Source: an uncultured virus (IMG/VR IMGVR_UViG_3300032007_000021)
Taxonomy: Duplodnaviria; Heunggongvirae; Uroviricota; Caudoviricetes
Reading direction: 5' to 3' (one strand)
DNA length: 64,000 nt
Virus record (IMG/VR): IMGVR_UViG_3300032007_000021
Position numbers and translations under genes: made by a program. Under the pieces are notes generated by a model, which saw only the letters and a program-made list of their open reading frames with translations, searched no databases and was not told where the DNA came from. Positions 49,971-61,671 of the stretch are shown here, piece after piece. The stretch's first letter is position 1. The number at the start of each line of letters is the position of its first letter.

Positions 49971-50648
49971 TCAAAAGTTTTCTTTCAACCAAGCTAAAAA
50001 TGCCACTATCTATTTCGGTGTCATACCCTTTAACCTCTATCTTAACTATGGACTCATTTTACTAAAATCTATTTTAAATGGATTCTATTTCTTTTTCATA
50101 AGATGTCTCTTTGCTTCCATACGAACACCTTCATATTTATCATTACTTAATTTATCTAATGTTTCTACACTGGTGTTTTTATTTCTTGCAACTGACCAAC
50201 GAACCTACCAATCTTTATCACTACTTAATTTATCTAATGTTTCTGTACTGGTGTTTCCATTTCCTGCAACTCCTCTACGAACAAAATAATCATCTTCACT
50301 TAATTTATCTAATGTTTCTGTTCTTGTATTTCTATTATATGCAACTCCTCTACGAACATACTAATTTTCATCATCAGCAAGTATATCTAAAACTCTTGTA
50401 TCTGTTTTATCACTTCTTGACATATCAAATTTACTGTCTTTATCCATACTTTCCACTTTTTTTCTCAATTCATTTTTTATATCTTCTTTATTAACTTCTT
50501 TTACTGAAGATTTTTCTTCTTTGCAAAAATCCACAATGTGTTTCTTGAAATTATTAAAATCACTTGGGTCGTTTGATTTTGAACTTGTTAATGTTTTTAC
50601 AATTCCAATTAATTCATTTGCAATTTTTACATTATTATTCATAATCAT
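49971..50648 (-). CDS. LRV/HEAT-like repeat protein, paralog 3
   Basis: KIANEL leader; same repeats and C-terminus as paralogs 1 and 2; 225 aa. Confidence 0.75.
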
Positions 50649-50725
50649 ATCTCCTTTTTCTAACAAAGTATGTTTTTTATAGTATGTAAATGGTTGATCG
50701 ATATTAAAAACACTTAAAAATCAAA

Positions 50726-51994
50726 TTAAAAAGGTATCTGTTCAAAACTGTCTCCTTTATCTGATAATTTGAGAAATATCCCTTCTTGATAAGGCATTTC
50801 ATTGATACGTTTATAATAACTGTTGTTTATCACCCACATAATTGGTAAATTGTATCTTTCTTTAATTTTCGGTGCTTCCATATCCGTGAAATATATCAAA
50901 GCATCAAATTTTCTGTCACTTACTTCTTTCAATAATGGTTCCAAATCCGTACCTCCCCTTCCACTTACACTACCATCCCATTCCCTGAATGAATATTCTC
51001 TTTGTATCTTAGTATCTGCTTCAAATATCGTAATATCTGCTCCTGTTTTATCCACCCAATACAATTCATTGAAAAATAATTCCAACATTTCGTTGTTAAC
51101 ACTACCACTGGTATCTATCCCTATCGCCAAATTCAATACATCTTCTTTCTTCAATCCGGGTCTTGTTCCGTATCTTTTACTTCTCTTCTTTATCGTATAA
51201 TCCAAAACATTTTCACTGCTGCTTGCTATAAATTGTTTCAAAATAATCTGCCACGGTATCGCTCTTTTGTGATGTTCCAAACTGCTTTCTATCTCTTCTT
51301 TTAAATCAGAAGGTACATCTCCCCATTTACCTGTCTTTTTACAAGTTTGCACCGCTTGACGAATAATATCTTTTAACATCTCTTCCGCTATCGGATCATC
51401 TTTCACTATCTTCCATAATTCATGACTGTCTATCTCTTTATTACCTGTTTTCTCTCCTTTTCCTTCTCCTTCTCCAACCATAATAACAAAAACACTATTG
51501 CACATTTCCTTATATTTTTTATTGTTTTCCAATCTCCTGTAATATTCATGGACTCCTAATTTGCTTTCCAATCCAAAATCTTCAGCAAAAACTCCTGTTT
51601 TCTCTCCTTTCCCTTCTCCTATCAGTTTTTCCCGGTCTATATAGCTGTTTACACTACATTCACATGCAATATTCAACCTCTGTTTATCAGGCAAATCTAT
51701 CGTCAAATGCTTAAATATCAAATGATATATCTCATGTTTCAAAACTTCCAGTAAATGATTGCTCAATTTGTCAAATCCAAATTTTTCATACAATCCAACC
51801 AAATAATCTTTATTCACATATAATTTCGTTTGTATCTCTTCTTTATCAGTTTTTCCAACAGCTAATGTGTTAACACCCCTACTGTCTTTATTATCTACAT
51901 AAATAATCGGTAATTGACTGATAATGTGTCCAAAAAATACATTCTTCCTTATCAAATCTATTTTCGTGTTCGTTACAAATTTTTCAATGTCCAT
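50726..51994 (-). CDS. metallopeptidase-vWA domain protein (DUF2201-like)
   Basis: HEIYH, MIDAS IDTSGS, GRGGTD, YFTD. Confidence 0.85.
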   Translation of the reverse strand: MDIEKFVTNTKIDLIRKNVFFGHIISQLPIIYVDNKDSRGVNTLAVGKTDKEEIQTKLYVNKDYLVGLYEKFGFDKLSNHLLEVLKHEIYHLIFKHLTIDLPDKQRLNIACECSVNSYIDREKLIGEGKGEKTGVFAEDFGLESKLGVHEYYRRLENNKKYKEMCNSVFVIMVGEGEGKGEKTGNKEIDSHELWKIVKDDPIAEEMLKDIIRQAVQTCKKTGKWGDVPSDLKEEIESSLEHHKRAIPWQIILKQFIASSSENVLDYTIKKRSKRYGTRPGLKKEDVLNLAIGIDTSGSVNNEMLELFFNELYWVDKTGADITIFEADTKIQREYSFREWDGSVSGRGGTDLEPLLKEVSDRKFDALIYFTDMEAPKIKERYNLPIMWVINNSYYKRINEMPYQEGIFLKLSDKGDSFEQIPF

Positions 51995-52009
51995 TTCTTC
52001 TTTTACCTT

Positions 52010-52576
52010 TCAATTTAATTCTCTCATTACTTTTAAAATATATTCATAACTTTCCTGCTCTTTCATGATTTGCCACGGTATATAACAAACCTTATCCTAT
52101 ATCTACCATTCTTCTATCATCCCTCTTATCAATATGTCCATTTTCCTCTGTACATTATAATTCATCGTCCGTATTTCATTACTCTCAAACCAAGCACCTC
52201 TCAATGGAAAATAAAATAACCAATCATATTGAATTAAATCTTCTTTACACATCTTTTCCAATCTGTCAAATTCTTCTTCACTATAACTGTTAATACTAAA
52301 AAAAGCATAACAAAAACATTCCAATGTAGTCCTGTCTGTTACAAATCCTCCCTTTAATAAACTTTCTTCGTATATCCTTTCATCTACTATCTCAAATTCA
52401 TGTCTCGATAAAGCATCTTCCACATAATCATTATCCTTGTAAATATATCCATATCTCTTCAAAAAAGGCCTTGTAATATCCTTTGAACTTAAATAAGGTA
52501 TGTTTAATTCCTTACTCAATTTCTTTGCCACATATCCCTTCCCACATCCTGCACTCCCTATTAAACCTATCTTCAT
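52010..52576 (-). CDS. P-loop nucleotide kinase-like protein
   Basis: GSAGCGKG, VTDRT; extended past TAG to TGA. Confidence 0.65.
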
Positions 52577-52866
52577 ATCTCTCTTCTCCTCTTCCTCTCA
52601 CTTTCATATAAATTCCAACCATATTTTGGTTTCAATTTGTTTATTACTTGAGGTCTATCTTTCAAACCTAAAATTATCCCCCATAAAACAAATATAAGCT
52701 CACTACCTTTCTCATATAAGGTTTTATATCCAACTTCAACATATTCTCGCTCTAAATGCTCTCTAATCGCTTCCAAACTCTTCTTAGGTAAATCTTGTAT
52801 GCCTTTATCTATGATAAAATCCTTGAAAAATTCTTCTCTGTCTTTATAACTTTCAAATTCTTTCAT
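52573..52866 (-). CDS. hypothetical protein
   Basis: ORF track; ATGA overlap with next gene. Confidence 0.55.
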   Translation of the reverse strand: MKEFESYKDREEFFKDFIIDKGIQDLPKKSLEAIREHLEREYVEVGYKTLYEKGSELIFVLWGIILGLKDRPQVINKLKPKYGWNLYESERKRRREI

Positions 52867-52869
52867 TTC

Positions 52870-53133
52870 TTATCCTTTATTTTCTATTTCCAAAAATTCC
52901 CTCAACGGATATTTGTCCTATTCCTATTTACTTCTCTTTCCTATCTGCCATATTTCATGATATGTTCCTATATCTAATTTCATCAAACATAAACTATTGC
53001 TCTATTTCCTATAAACTACATCCAAATAATAACCTATTGCTTGATATAAAATAGTCTTACCTTCTAAAACACTCCTCTCCAATTCCTCATAACTCTTAAA
53101 TCTTTTTCTCTTTAAGACAACTTTACTTCTCAT
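52870..53133 (-). CDS. hypothetical protein
   Basis: 87 aa with 3 TAG; ends TAA. Confidence 0.45.
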
Positions 53134-53174
53134 ATCTTTTACTCTTAGTTATAGATTTTCTTTGTGTTTGCAAG

Positions 53175-53206
53175 AATATATAACAACAAGTTTTTATTCA
53201 TTACAA
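53175..53206 (-). promoter_or_regulatory. sigma70-like extended -10 promoter
   Basis: TTGTAA...TGT-TATATA; similar at 58679, 59556, 61577. Confidence 0.45.
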
Positions 53207-53262
53207 AAAAAATAACGGCAACTTCATAAGAAATCACCGTTATTTTTAAATATTTTTGTTTT

Positions 53263-54180
53263 TTATTCAAAAATGTCATTCATTCCTTCTAACAAGTCTA
53301 TGATATTCTGATAAGATTTTGTATTCTATGACTTGTAGTCATCAACACTCTTAAATAATTTTTTCACGCTATTCACTAATTTTGTAATAAATTTCATTCC
53401 AACATTAAACATGTTCTTAATAAAATCTAAAACTCCAGCAGTTTTAACAGAAGCCTTTTTTAATTTGTCATTATATATTTCATCCATTCTTGCTCTGAAC
53501 TCCTGCACATTTTTATTGGCAAATGATTGTAAAGCAACTATGTTCCCCTTCGCATCAACTAAATCTATCCAAATATTATGAGATTGTTTTTCTATCTTTT
53601 CTGATTCTCTCTTAAATCTAACATCAAATTTTCCTGCTTTTATCATAGATGATACAGTTTGCTTTCTCTCAGATTGTTTAGACATAATCGCCCTTAAATA
53701 AGAACCATCAGAAAATTTCCTTATACCAACTTGATATTTATTTAATATGTCTTGAAACTATAATTCCTTCACTAATTCATTCGATAATTTTTCAAAAACT
53801 TTTTTGATTCCACCCATTCTCATCAAACCATCAATATATTTTTGATTCAAATCCTGATAATTTTTTAAGTCTTTCTATTTAACTCCTTCTGTTGTCAAAT
53901 AAAAATCTTTTCTCATAATCTTATTACTCAAATCTTTTAATCTTTCATCCAATTCTTCTGTATCTTCTCCATCTCTTTCAAGTTTTTCAATAGCTTCTTG
54001 AACAAAATCTATCTCATTTTGCAATCTTTCTATCGCAGACACTTGTTTCATTCTGAAAGATTCCAACGTCTCTTCAAAATTCTTCAAATAATTCTATATC
54101 TCTTTTAAATCTTGTTCCTATCCTTCATAAGCCAGAATTTCTTTAGCTATTATTACTAATTCTTTTGCTATCTTATTCAT
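53263..54180 (-). CDS. coiled-coil protein with KIAKE leader
   Basis: MNKIAKELVIIAKEIL; joins ORFs 53875 and 53326; 305 aa. Confidence 0.65.
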
Positions 54181-54203
54181 ATTTCTTTTTCTCCTGTTTT
54201 TAT

Positions 54204-54497
54204 TTAATAAATCCATTGATCTGAACCATTGTATTTTACAAAACGATATTTGTCTGTATCTTCAAAATCCTATCTGATTCTCACGGGCAACCAATCTGTA
54301 TATCCTATAACTCCAGATTTAATGACAAAATTATAACCAAATTCAGGATTTAACATTCCCCATCCGGGAACAGCAATCCTATTATCATATTGCCACCTTA
54401 ATTCGTTGTTCAAAACAGAAATATCTTTATAAGTACATTTTATTTCGTTTTTTACATAATTTTCATTTGTATAATAATTACTGGTTACATCTTCCAT
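54204..54497 (-). CDS. hypothetical protein
   Basis: ORF 54270..54497 extended through TAG to TAA. Confidence 0.55.
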
Positions 54498-54510
54498 TTT
54501 TATTTCCCCT

Positions 54511-55167
54511 TTATCTCATAAATTGATTTGTTAAAATGTCTTGTATCGCATCATAAATATGTTTTGTTACATCCTATTTGATTCCATTATCTGCATCCAT
54601 AAGAAATTTTGTCAAATTTCTTATCTATTCATTTTGTTCCTTATCTGCATTTACATAAGCAAAATTACATAAAACAAAACTTAATTGCTCCTAATAATTG
54701 TTTTCAAAAATTTCCTGTTTTTTCTTTTCTTTCTTCTATTTCTTTTTCTATTCTTCAAACAATTTCCCTTCTTGAAATTTTAACATGGCCTACAAATCTT
54801 CATCACCAAAACCTGTTAAATCCAACATCTGAGATTCATTTAATTCTTTTAATAACTATGTCAAACTTTGCTCATCCCATTCACTGGTATCACTTGTTCT
54901 ATTATCCATAATAGCAAGAGCATTAGCTTTATTATCATCCAAATCTAAAACATTACATTCTATTTCATCCCATCCCAACGCTCTGGCCGCTTGTAAAGTA
55001 CCATTTCCAGCAATTACATAATTTGTAGATTTTTGTACTAATATAGGTTTGGTTTGCCCAAATTCATTCAGAGACTTTTTTAATGCCTATAAATTTTTCT
55101 GTCCATGAACTCTTACATTTCTTGGATGCTATATTAATTCATCTAATTTAAATTTTACCACTTGCAT
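54511..55167 (-). CDS. ParB N-terminal domain protein
   Basis: HPRNVRVH, SLNEFGQTKPI, VIAGNG, AIMDNRT. Confidence 0.75.
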
Positions 55168-55186
55168 TTTTAATTTTACCTTCTTC

Positions 55187-55468
55187 TTATTTACTTTCCT
55201 TTATTACCGACAATTTAATCGAATAAGTCAAAACTTTATCTGCAACTTTATCAGCTTGATCTATAAGAGCATCTATATCTATGCCTGTTCCATCATTAAC
55301 TTTAGGTTTTATCTTATTAACAGCCATTGCCGCCTAAAATTTTCTCAATATTCTAACAGATTCATTCAATAATTCGTAAGCCTTATCTATCTATTTTGTA
55401 GATGTTTCCATGTTAAAAACATCTTTTGCTTCAGCGGCAATCCTACATTTTCTTCTTTCATATCTCAT
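55187..55468 (-). CDS. hypothetical protein
   Basis: 93 aa open with TAG as sense. Confidence 0.45.
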
Positions 55469-55469
55469 A

Positions 55470-55805
55470 TTAATAATCCTTCTGTTTCATCTATTTCATA
55501 TTATTCAAAGCGTTTTTTAATTCTTCAGTATCTTGTCCAACAAAACACATATACATTTTCAATTGATTTTCTTCACCTGTCAACATCGGACTTTGAAATT
55601 TACTGTAACATCCAAACTTTTTCAACATATCTTTCAGTTTGTTCATCACAAACTACACAAACATTTCCGATAATTTAACAATATTTATCACCTAACTGAA
55701 ATCAACTGGTATTTCAGCAGTAATCACTATCCCCTGAGAACATTTTGTCCAAGAAAAATCAACAAGAATTACATTTTCCTATAACGCTTTTTTAAATTTG
55801 TTCAT
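55470..55805 (-). CDS. hypothetical protein
   Basis: 111 aa; ATGA overlap with upstream gene. Confidence 0.5.
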
Positions 55806-56353
55806 ATCATTTCCCCAAAAACAAATCCATCAGTCTATAAAATGTTTTTAATATTCTGTTCATCTTTATAACCATTAACCACAAACTCTATCCTGCAACG
55901 AGCCATCAATCTCTTTTCATAAAAATCAATATAAGGCTATAAAAATGTCACGTTTTGAATCTGAAAATTATAACCATAAGCCTGTAAATCATCATCCATT
56001 TTGGCATCCAAAAGTTCTTTAACAATATTTAATTGATTTATAGTTGCTCCACTTAAATCTCCACATAATTTCCAGCACAAATCACATTTATAAAGATTTA
56101 AAGTAGAACTTGACAAGGGAACAGCATATTTTTCTATTTTAATTTCTGACATTGAAGTTAAAACTTTTGTTGCAATCCTGTTCTTTTTCATTGCAAAACG
56201 AATAAAATTATCATCTCTCGTAACATTAATTCCATTATTCACTTTTTTATCGTGCATTTGCTTCCAAATCCATGAATCAGTTTTTGTCTTATAATCTGTT
56301 AACTTTCCGTTGCCCACAAAATTTTGAACCGTTTCAGCTTTCCTCTTTTTCAT
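55802..56353 (-). CDS. hypothetical protein
   Basis: ORF 55937..56353 extended to TGA. Confidence 0.55.
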
Positions 56354-56416
56354 GTCCCATCCTCCTTATTAAACAAATTTTATATTGTATCTATGGTTTT
56401 TTTATAAATAAAAAAA

Positions 56417-57439
56417 TCAAAACAAGTTTCCTTTCATCTTATTCTACATCAACAACAATTCAAATTCATTCTCTCTTAAATGAAATCCATTCTCTCTTAA
56501 AAAATCATCCAGTTTCTACCAATCAGAACTGTTGACTTTATCATAAACCTACAAAAAAGTACGCATCTTTTTTAATTGATAAGCCAACAAAACTATTTCT
56601 TTATTCTATAAAACACTAAACTATTTCTTCATCTCTTTTATTTTATATTCATCCTTTGAAACAGCTTGTTTCAATAACTCCACACTTCCATAATGCTATA
56701 TATCTTTCTAAAAATATTCTTTCGTTTTATTTAATAAATTCTATAAACTATTGTACTTTTGTATCAATTTACTTCCACTTTTATAACTAATCCCCTTTAC
56801 TCCATAAATCGTATCACTTCCACTGCCAAGCTCTCCAGCCAAAGCACCTATATCAACCCATTGCTTATTGTCTTCTATGCCATAATTCTATTTCAAATAT
56901 TGTCTGTCTATGTAAATTTTTTTAATGCTATTGTAAATTTTAACATTCGGCTACAACAACTGAAAATAATCTTTATCAGATGTAACAACAATTACTTCAT
57001 CATATATATCTTTATATTTATAAACAAAACTTCCTATTACATCATCGGCTTCCTATCCAACAATTCTTTCTTGTTGTATTTTTGTGTATGACAACAATTC
57101 CTATACACCCCTTAATTGCTTCATAAACTATTCGTTTTTCGCTTTTTCCTGCTAACTTAATAATTGCTTAGACTATCTTCTTTCCTGCTTATAAGTCTTC
57201 TAAATAATGCCCTTTTCAACAGCCTATTGAGAAATCCTCAATCTTTCTTTATATCCTCCGTCCCAACAAACAACATATCTTACAAAATCACCACTCATCT
57301 CCATCTTTTTCATCAAACTCAATAAATTCTTTAAAAAAGCATAAATATATTGAACTTTCTTTCCGTTATAATCTAATTCTCCAACATAACTTCCCTTGAA
57401 ATAAAAGTTTATTCCATCTATTAATACTAATTTTTTCAT
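56417..57439 (-). CDS. 5'-3' exonuclease (PolI N-terminal/FEN-like)
   Basis: LVLIDG, VCWDGG, EADDVIGS, SDKDY, GSEVDTIYGVKGI; 340 aa. Confidence 0.85.
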
Positions 57440-57690
57440 ACTTGTTTCTCCTGTAGATTTTATTTAATTTTATATTCTACTGTCAAAACATAAAAAAGTG
57501 AGTGGAAAGTTTAAACTTTCCACTCACCAATTTTTCCAACTTCGCTTTATTGCAATACAGCCTGTCGGCTCATTCCTCTCCTCTTGCATTTCTCAGCACT
57601 TTTGAGATTTCCAATGCAAGGGCCGGAACGATAGGACGCAATGCTTCTGCTAACTCTGCAAGTTTTACATACATCTGCTGTTTTCTCCTT

Positions 57691-58087
57691 TCATGGGAGT
57701 TTTTTGTCGTACGCCCAGCAATAGAGGGCGGTTAAAAGGCAGTACAATATAGAAGCAATCGCTACAGCGGCGAAGATAGGCCATATTACAATCGCTAATA
57801 TACAACAATTAACCGCGAAAAATGCGTCCGCTTGTCCGTCTATTTCATTGATTATCATCTTAAATAAGATATATGTGCATATCATACCGATAAACAGATA
57901 TACGCTAAAAAACAATACTCCAAAGTTTACACATATCAGCCAAAGAGACCATCCGCAACAACAAGCAAAACCAGCGGTAAAAAGGCATATAAAAATCGAA
58001 AGTGTGAGTTTTGACTGCCATACCGCACGGATGACTAACAGCGGGAAAAACAATACCTTTACAATGTTTTTCAATATCTGTTTCATC
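57691..58087 (-). CDS. multi-TM membrane protein
   Basis: hydrophobic ORF, TAG-free, visibly higher GC; start uncertain (GTG/ATG upstream possible). Confidence 0.5.
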
Positions 58088-58382
58088 GTGTTGCCTTTTG
58101 TTTTTTTGAATTTATTCGCCGTCTCCGTAGCCACCGCAAAAAAGATAGACATAACTCAACAAATCATTTTTTCCAATTCCTAAACTCTTTTAGCTGGTCA
58201 TAAGCTATAACACAAATAATTACCAACATAATCAACATCATCAAACAAAGACAGCCAATAAAAACCATTCCAACTATTTCCATTCCACTCATTTTTTTGT
58301 CCCTTCTATTTCATTTATGTATATTTCCCAAACTCTAAACCTACGACTATCTTTATTCATTATTAGCTTCCTTATTTTAATA

Positions 58383-58640
58383 TTAAACTTCAAACACTTC
58401 AACTTCAATCACAAAATCACAAAGTCTATATGACTTGAAAAAATCTTCATAATCTTTCGAACCAAATCTCCATAAAACTTTCGGAGGGTAATCTTGTGTA
58501 CACAAGCAAATATTTCCCATCACTAATTCCACCCAAAATTCATTCTTGTTATCTTTCAAATAAACTTCTTTATTCTGTGTTAAAGCATATTCAATCTCTT
58601 CCGGCTCTTCAACTTCATAAATCGTTTTAAGTAATTTCAT
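58383..58640 (-). CDS. hypothetical protein
   Basis: AGGAG RBS, MKLLKTIYEV; TAG-free. Confidence 0.6.
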   Translation of the reverse strand: MKLLKTIYEVEEPEEIEYALTQNKEVYLKDNKNEFWVELVMGNICLCTQDYPPKVLWRFGSKDYEDFFKSYRLCDFVIEVEVFEV

Positions 58641-58678
58641 TTTCAAATCTCCTTGATTTGGTTTTGTCTGACAATATT

Positions 58679-58708
58679 TATATAACAAGAAAAATTTTTG
58701 CTTACATT
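58679..58708 (-). promoter_or_regulatory. sigma70-like extended -10 promoter
   Basis: ATGTAA...TGT-TATATA upstream of the 58640 gene. Confidence 0.45.
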
Positions 58709-59289
58709 TTTGACTCAACAATTTCTTTGACTTTCAAAATATTTTGTCTAACTCCATGATAAATTTCCTGTTTTTCAATCCTTGCATCCAAAATCACTTC
58801 CTTGTGTTCAAGAAAATATGTGTTAATTTTCTTTGAAGTCGTAAAAACAACAAAAACATTTTTTTCTTCATCCTCAAGATGCCAACCTGTCTTTACACAA
58901 GAAAAACCAGGATAAAACATCGGTCTTTCAAATAGCTTGTTTACAACAGAAAATTTTGCAGTAATTTCCATTCCTTTCCCTCCAACAAAATTACCTTTCA
59001 CTTCTTCAATATTGCTTTTCTCAAGTTCACAAAACCATTTAAAAAATTCTTTTTCATCATATTCAAAAAACTTAATTTGTTTTTTCAAACTTTTTATTGC
59101 AAAATCACTATAAAAAATAGTGTCACAAACAAATTTTGGAATTTCCTGTTCTTTTCCTTTTTCCAAAGTAATAGTTTTGGGAACAAAAACTTCAACTCCC
59201 AATTTTGAATATTTACTGTTAACAAACCGCAACATGACTTTGTTACAAGACTTGGAATAATCTTCAATCAAACTCACCAAAAATTTCAT
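58702..59289 (-). CDS. hypothetical protein
   Basis: 195 aa TAG-free ORF with AGGAG RBS. Confidence 0.65.
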   Translation of the reverse strand: MKFLVSLIEDYSKSCNKVMLRFVNSKYSKLGVEVFVPKTITLEKGKEQEIPKFVCDTIFYSDFAIKSLKKQIKFFEYDEKEFFKWFCELEKSNIEEVKGNFVGGKGMEITAKFSVVNKLFERPMFYPGFSCVKTGWHLEDEEKNVFVVFTTSKKINTYFLEHKEVILDARIEKQEIYHGVRQNILKVKEIVESKM

Positions 59290-59303
59290 TGTTTCTCTCC
59301 TTG

Positions 59304-59525
59304 TTAAACAATCAAACTCACAAAAATATTTTTGAACATAGTTTGCTCTTCTTTATTGGAAGAACAAACTCCAAAACCATAAGTCTTAAAATCTTTATAT
59401 TCTATCATTTCGGGCTTCTCAACAGGAAAAGCAGATTCAAGAAAATCATCCATTTGATATTCTTCCACTTTGGAAATAAAACCATTTTTCACTTCAACAA
59501 TCACAAAATAAAAATGTTTTTTCAT
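59304..59525 (-). CDS. hypothetical protein
   Basis: AGGAG RBS, MKKHFYFV; TAG-free. Confidence 0.55.
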   Translation of the reverse strand: MKKHFYFVIVEVKNGFISKVEEYQMDDFLESAFPVEKPEMIEYKDFKTYGFGVCSSNKEEQTMFKNIFVSLIV

Positions 59526-59589
59526 TTTCTCAAATCTCCTTGATTTGTACAATTTCTAAATAACAACAAAAATTTTTATTTACATTTTT

Positions 59590-60243
59590 TCAAATCCAAA
59601 GCCATTCATATATTTCAACAGCCAAAATCATATATTTTAAATCTTTCTAATCTCTTTCAGATTCCATAAGTTCCAAACCCTTAAAAACTTTCTTATGATC
59701 CAACCAATCAGAACATTCAACTTCATTTACATATTTCTTTAAATATGGAACAGCAAACTAAAAATGATTGTGCAATTCTTCCAAGCTTTTTATCATCTGC
59801 TTGTTTTTCTATACATCATATAAATTATCAACATATTCATAAAAATCCTACAGTTTATCTTCAAACTATTTTCTTCCTTTTAAATTCCATTCTTCTATCT
59901 CTTTCAGTATATCCATTATATATATCCCTTCATATTCAGGATATATCGGTTTATGATGATTAAAATGATATTTAGGGCCGACATCATTACCTTCATAATC
60001 TTTATGCCAAAACACATGCTATAGTTTTTCTCTTGTTAAAAATTCATGAACCAAAGTATAAACTGCACATTTCATTCTATAACTTACATCACTATATTGA
60101 GTGCTTTTTATTTCTTTCAGTCTAATCAAATCATAACGATTAAACAACATGTTTCTCCATGAATATGCCGGATAAATCCATTCTCTCCAAAAATAATAAC
60201 ACCAATCAAGTAACACAAATTTAATTTTATCAATTTTTCTCAT
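59590..60243 (-). CDS. hypothetical protein
   Basis: AGGAGG RBS, MRKIDKIK; extends through TAG to TGA; 217 aa. Confidence 0.55.
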
Positions 60244-60265
60244 AAAAACCTCCTTTATATGGTTT

Positions 60266-61525
60266 TTATCCTCTAAAATTATAAGTTTCCTCAACCATTT
60301 TAATAATATCTGGATTGCCTTTTATAAACCTTTTCCCTTCCTTGCAACCACCCAAAAGAATACTTCTAATAAACCCGTACGAAGTATCTCTTGGCAAACT
60401 CTTTGAAAGCATCCAATTCTGTACAGGCTTAATATGTTTTTCTTCAAACTGATATTGATTACTGCACAAATACGCAACAAGTCTATCATTAACCACATTA
60501 ACAATATCTATTCTCGGCTCTTTACCTTTCATCAGACCTTCCAATTTTTTCAAAGCTTTTTCATTATGTTCCAGAATCATTTCGGGATCAATCACCAATT
60601 CAACATCTCTCAAGAAAAACACCATCATAGCTTCAACAGTTTCTTCATCCAAAAGACTTCTTGCTTCAATATAAATTTTTGCCCTATCGTTTTCACTCAA
60701 GTGTTCAGGATATTTTTTAAGCATTCTAAAAAATTCAGTCAAAGTTCTCGGATTCGTTCGCTCACTTCCAACCATCATTTCAGGATATTTCAGAACAAAA
60801 TTAATCCCTCTTGCATCCAATCCCTCATTAGTAGCCCATTTTGCCCATTCTTTAGCATCTGGTTCAAGTGTAATATGCTTCATTCTCGTCAACTGAGCCA
60901 CATCCATACTTGTAACCTGATTCCATCTGTTGTCCGGATTTCCAGTAAAAATAATAGTCCATCCTTTAGGAAGTTCCCAACTAATAGTTTTATAATCCTG
61001 AACCAACTGCATCAGACCTTTCAAAATTCTCTGATTCGCCCTGTTTCCATCATCAAACAAAATAACTCCGGGACATTCTTCTTCAGGAACCCAACTCGGT
61101 TTTGCATATTTTGTAACAGGAGATTTTTCAGTAGGAACCCATCCTGCTTTTGTCATTTCTCCAATATAATCTTTCAAAAAAGATTTTTTCACACCATCTT
61201 TTTCCATTTCAACAAAAGTTTCCGGCAATCCAATAACATCTCCTTGTTCGTCCAGCATTGCAAGGGGAATATCAACAACTTTCACCCCTTCAAATTCCTT
61301 GCCATTCATCGTAAACCGTTCATTTTCCAACTGTTTAACGATAGACGTTTTACCACACCCTGCACACCCCCAAATATCAAGCGTAAATCTGTTCTTATTT
61401 CCTCTATCAATATTATCTTGAATAGCATTCAAAATAAATTCTTTTACTTCACTCGGTTTAAGATGCTGACCATAGCAACCAAAATACGAATCGTTTTTCT
61501 CTACTTCTTTTTTCTCTTTAGCCAT
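60266..61525 (-). CDS. MoxR-like AAA+ ATPase
   Basis: GCAGCGKT, ILFDDGNRA, TGNP, NPRT. Confidence 0.85.
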   Translation of the reverse strand: MAKEKKEVEKNDSYFGCYGQHLKPSEVKEFILNAIQDNIDRGNKNRFTLDIWGCAGCGKTSIVKQLENERFTMNGKEFEGVKVVDIPLAMLDEQGDVIGLPETFVEMEKDGVKKSFLKDYIGEMTKAGWVPTEKSPVTKYAKPSWVPEEECPGVILFDDGNRANQRILKGLMQLVQDYKTISWELPKGWTIIFTGNPDNRWNQVTSMDVAQLTRMKHITLEPDAKEWAKWATNEGLDARGINFVLKYPEMMVGSERTNPRTLTEFFRMLKKYPEHLSENDRAKIYIEARSLLDEETVEAMMVFFLRDVELVIDPEMILEHNEKALKKLEGLMKGKEPRIDIVNVVNDRLVAYLCSNQYQFEEKHIKPVQNWMLSKSLPRDTSYGFIRSILLGGCKEGKRFIKGNPDIIKMVEETYNFRG

Positions 61526-61671
61526 ACTAATCCATTCCTTTCATTTTGATTTAATGTTATGTGTTTCTATCAAAGAAAATAACAAAAAAAATTTTTAATC
61601 ACAAAAAATCATTTATAATGTAAAATATTTAAAACAAATTTCTTTAAGAAAAACGAAAAAGGAGAAAAACT

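Noticed and set aside
60434..61549. 371-aa plus-strand ORF and other plus-strand ORFs in the track
   Set aside because: Antisense shadows of minus-strand genes; F/I/S-rich with no motifs or RBS
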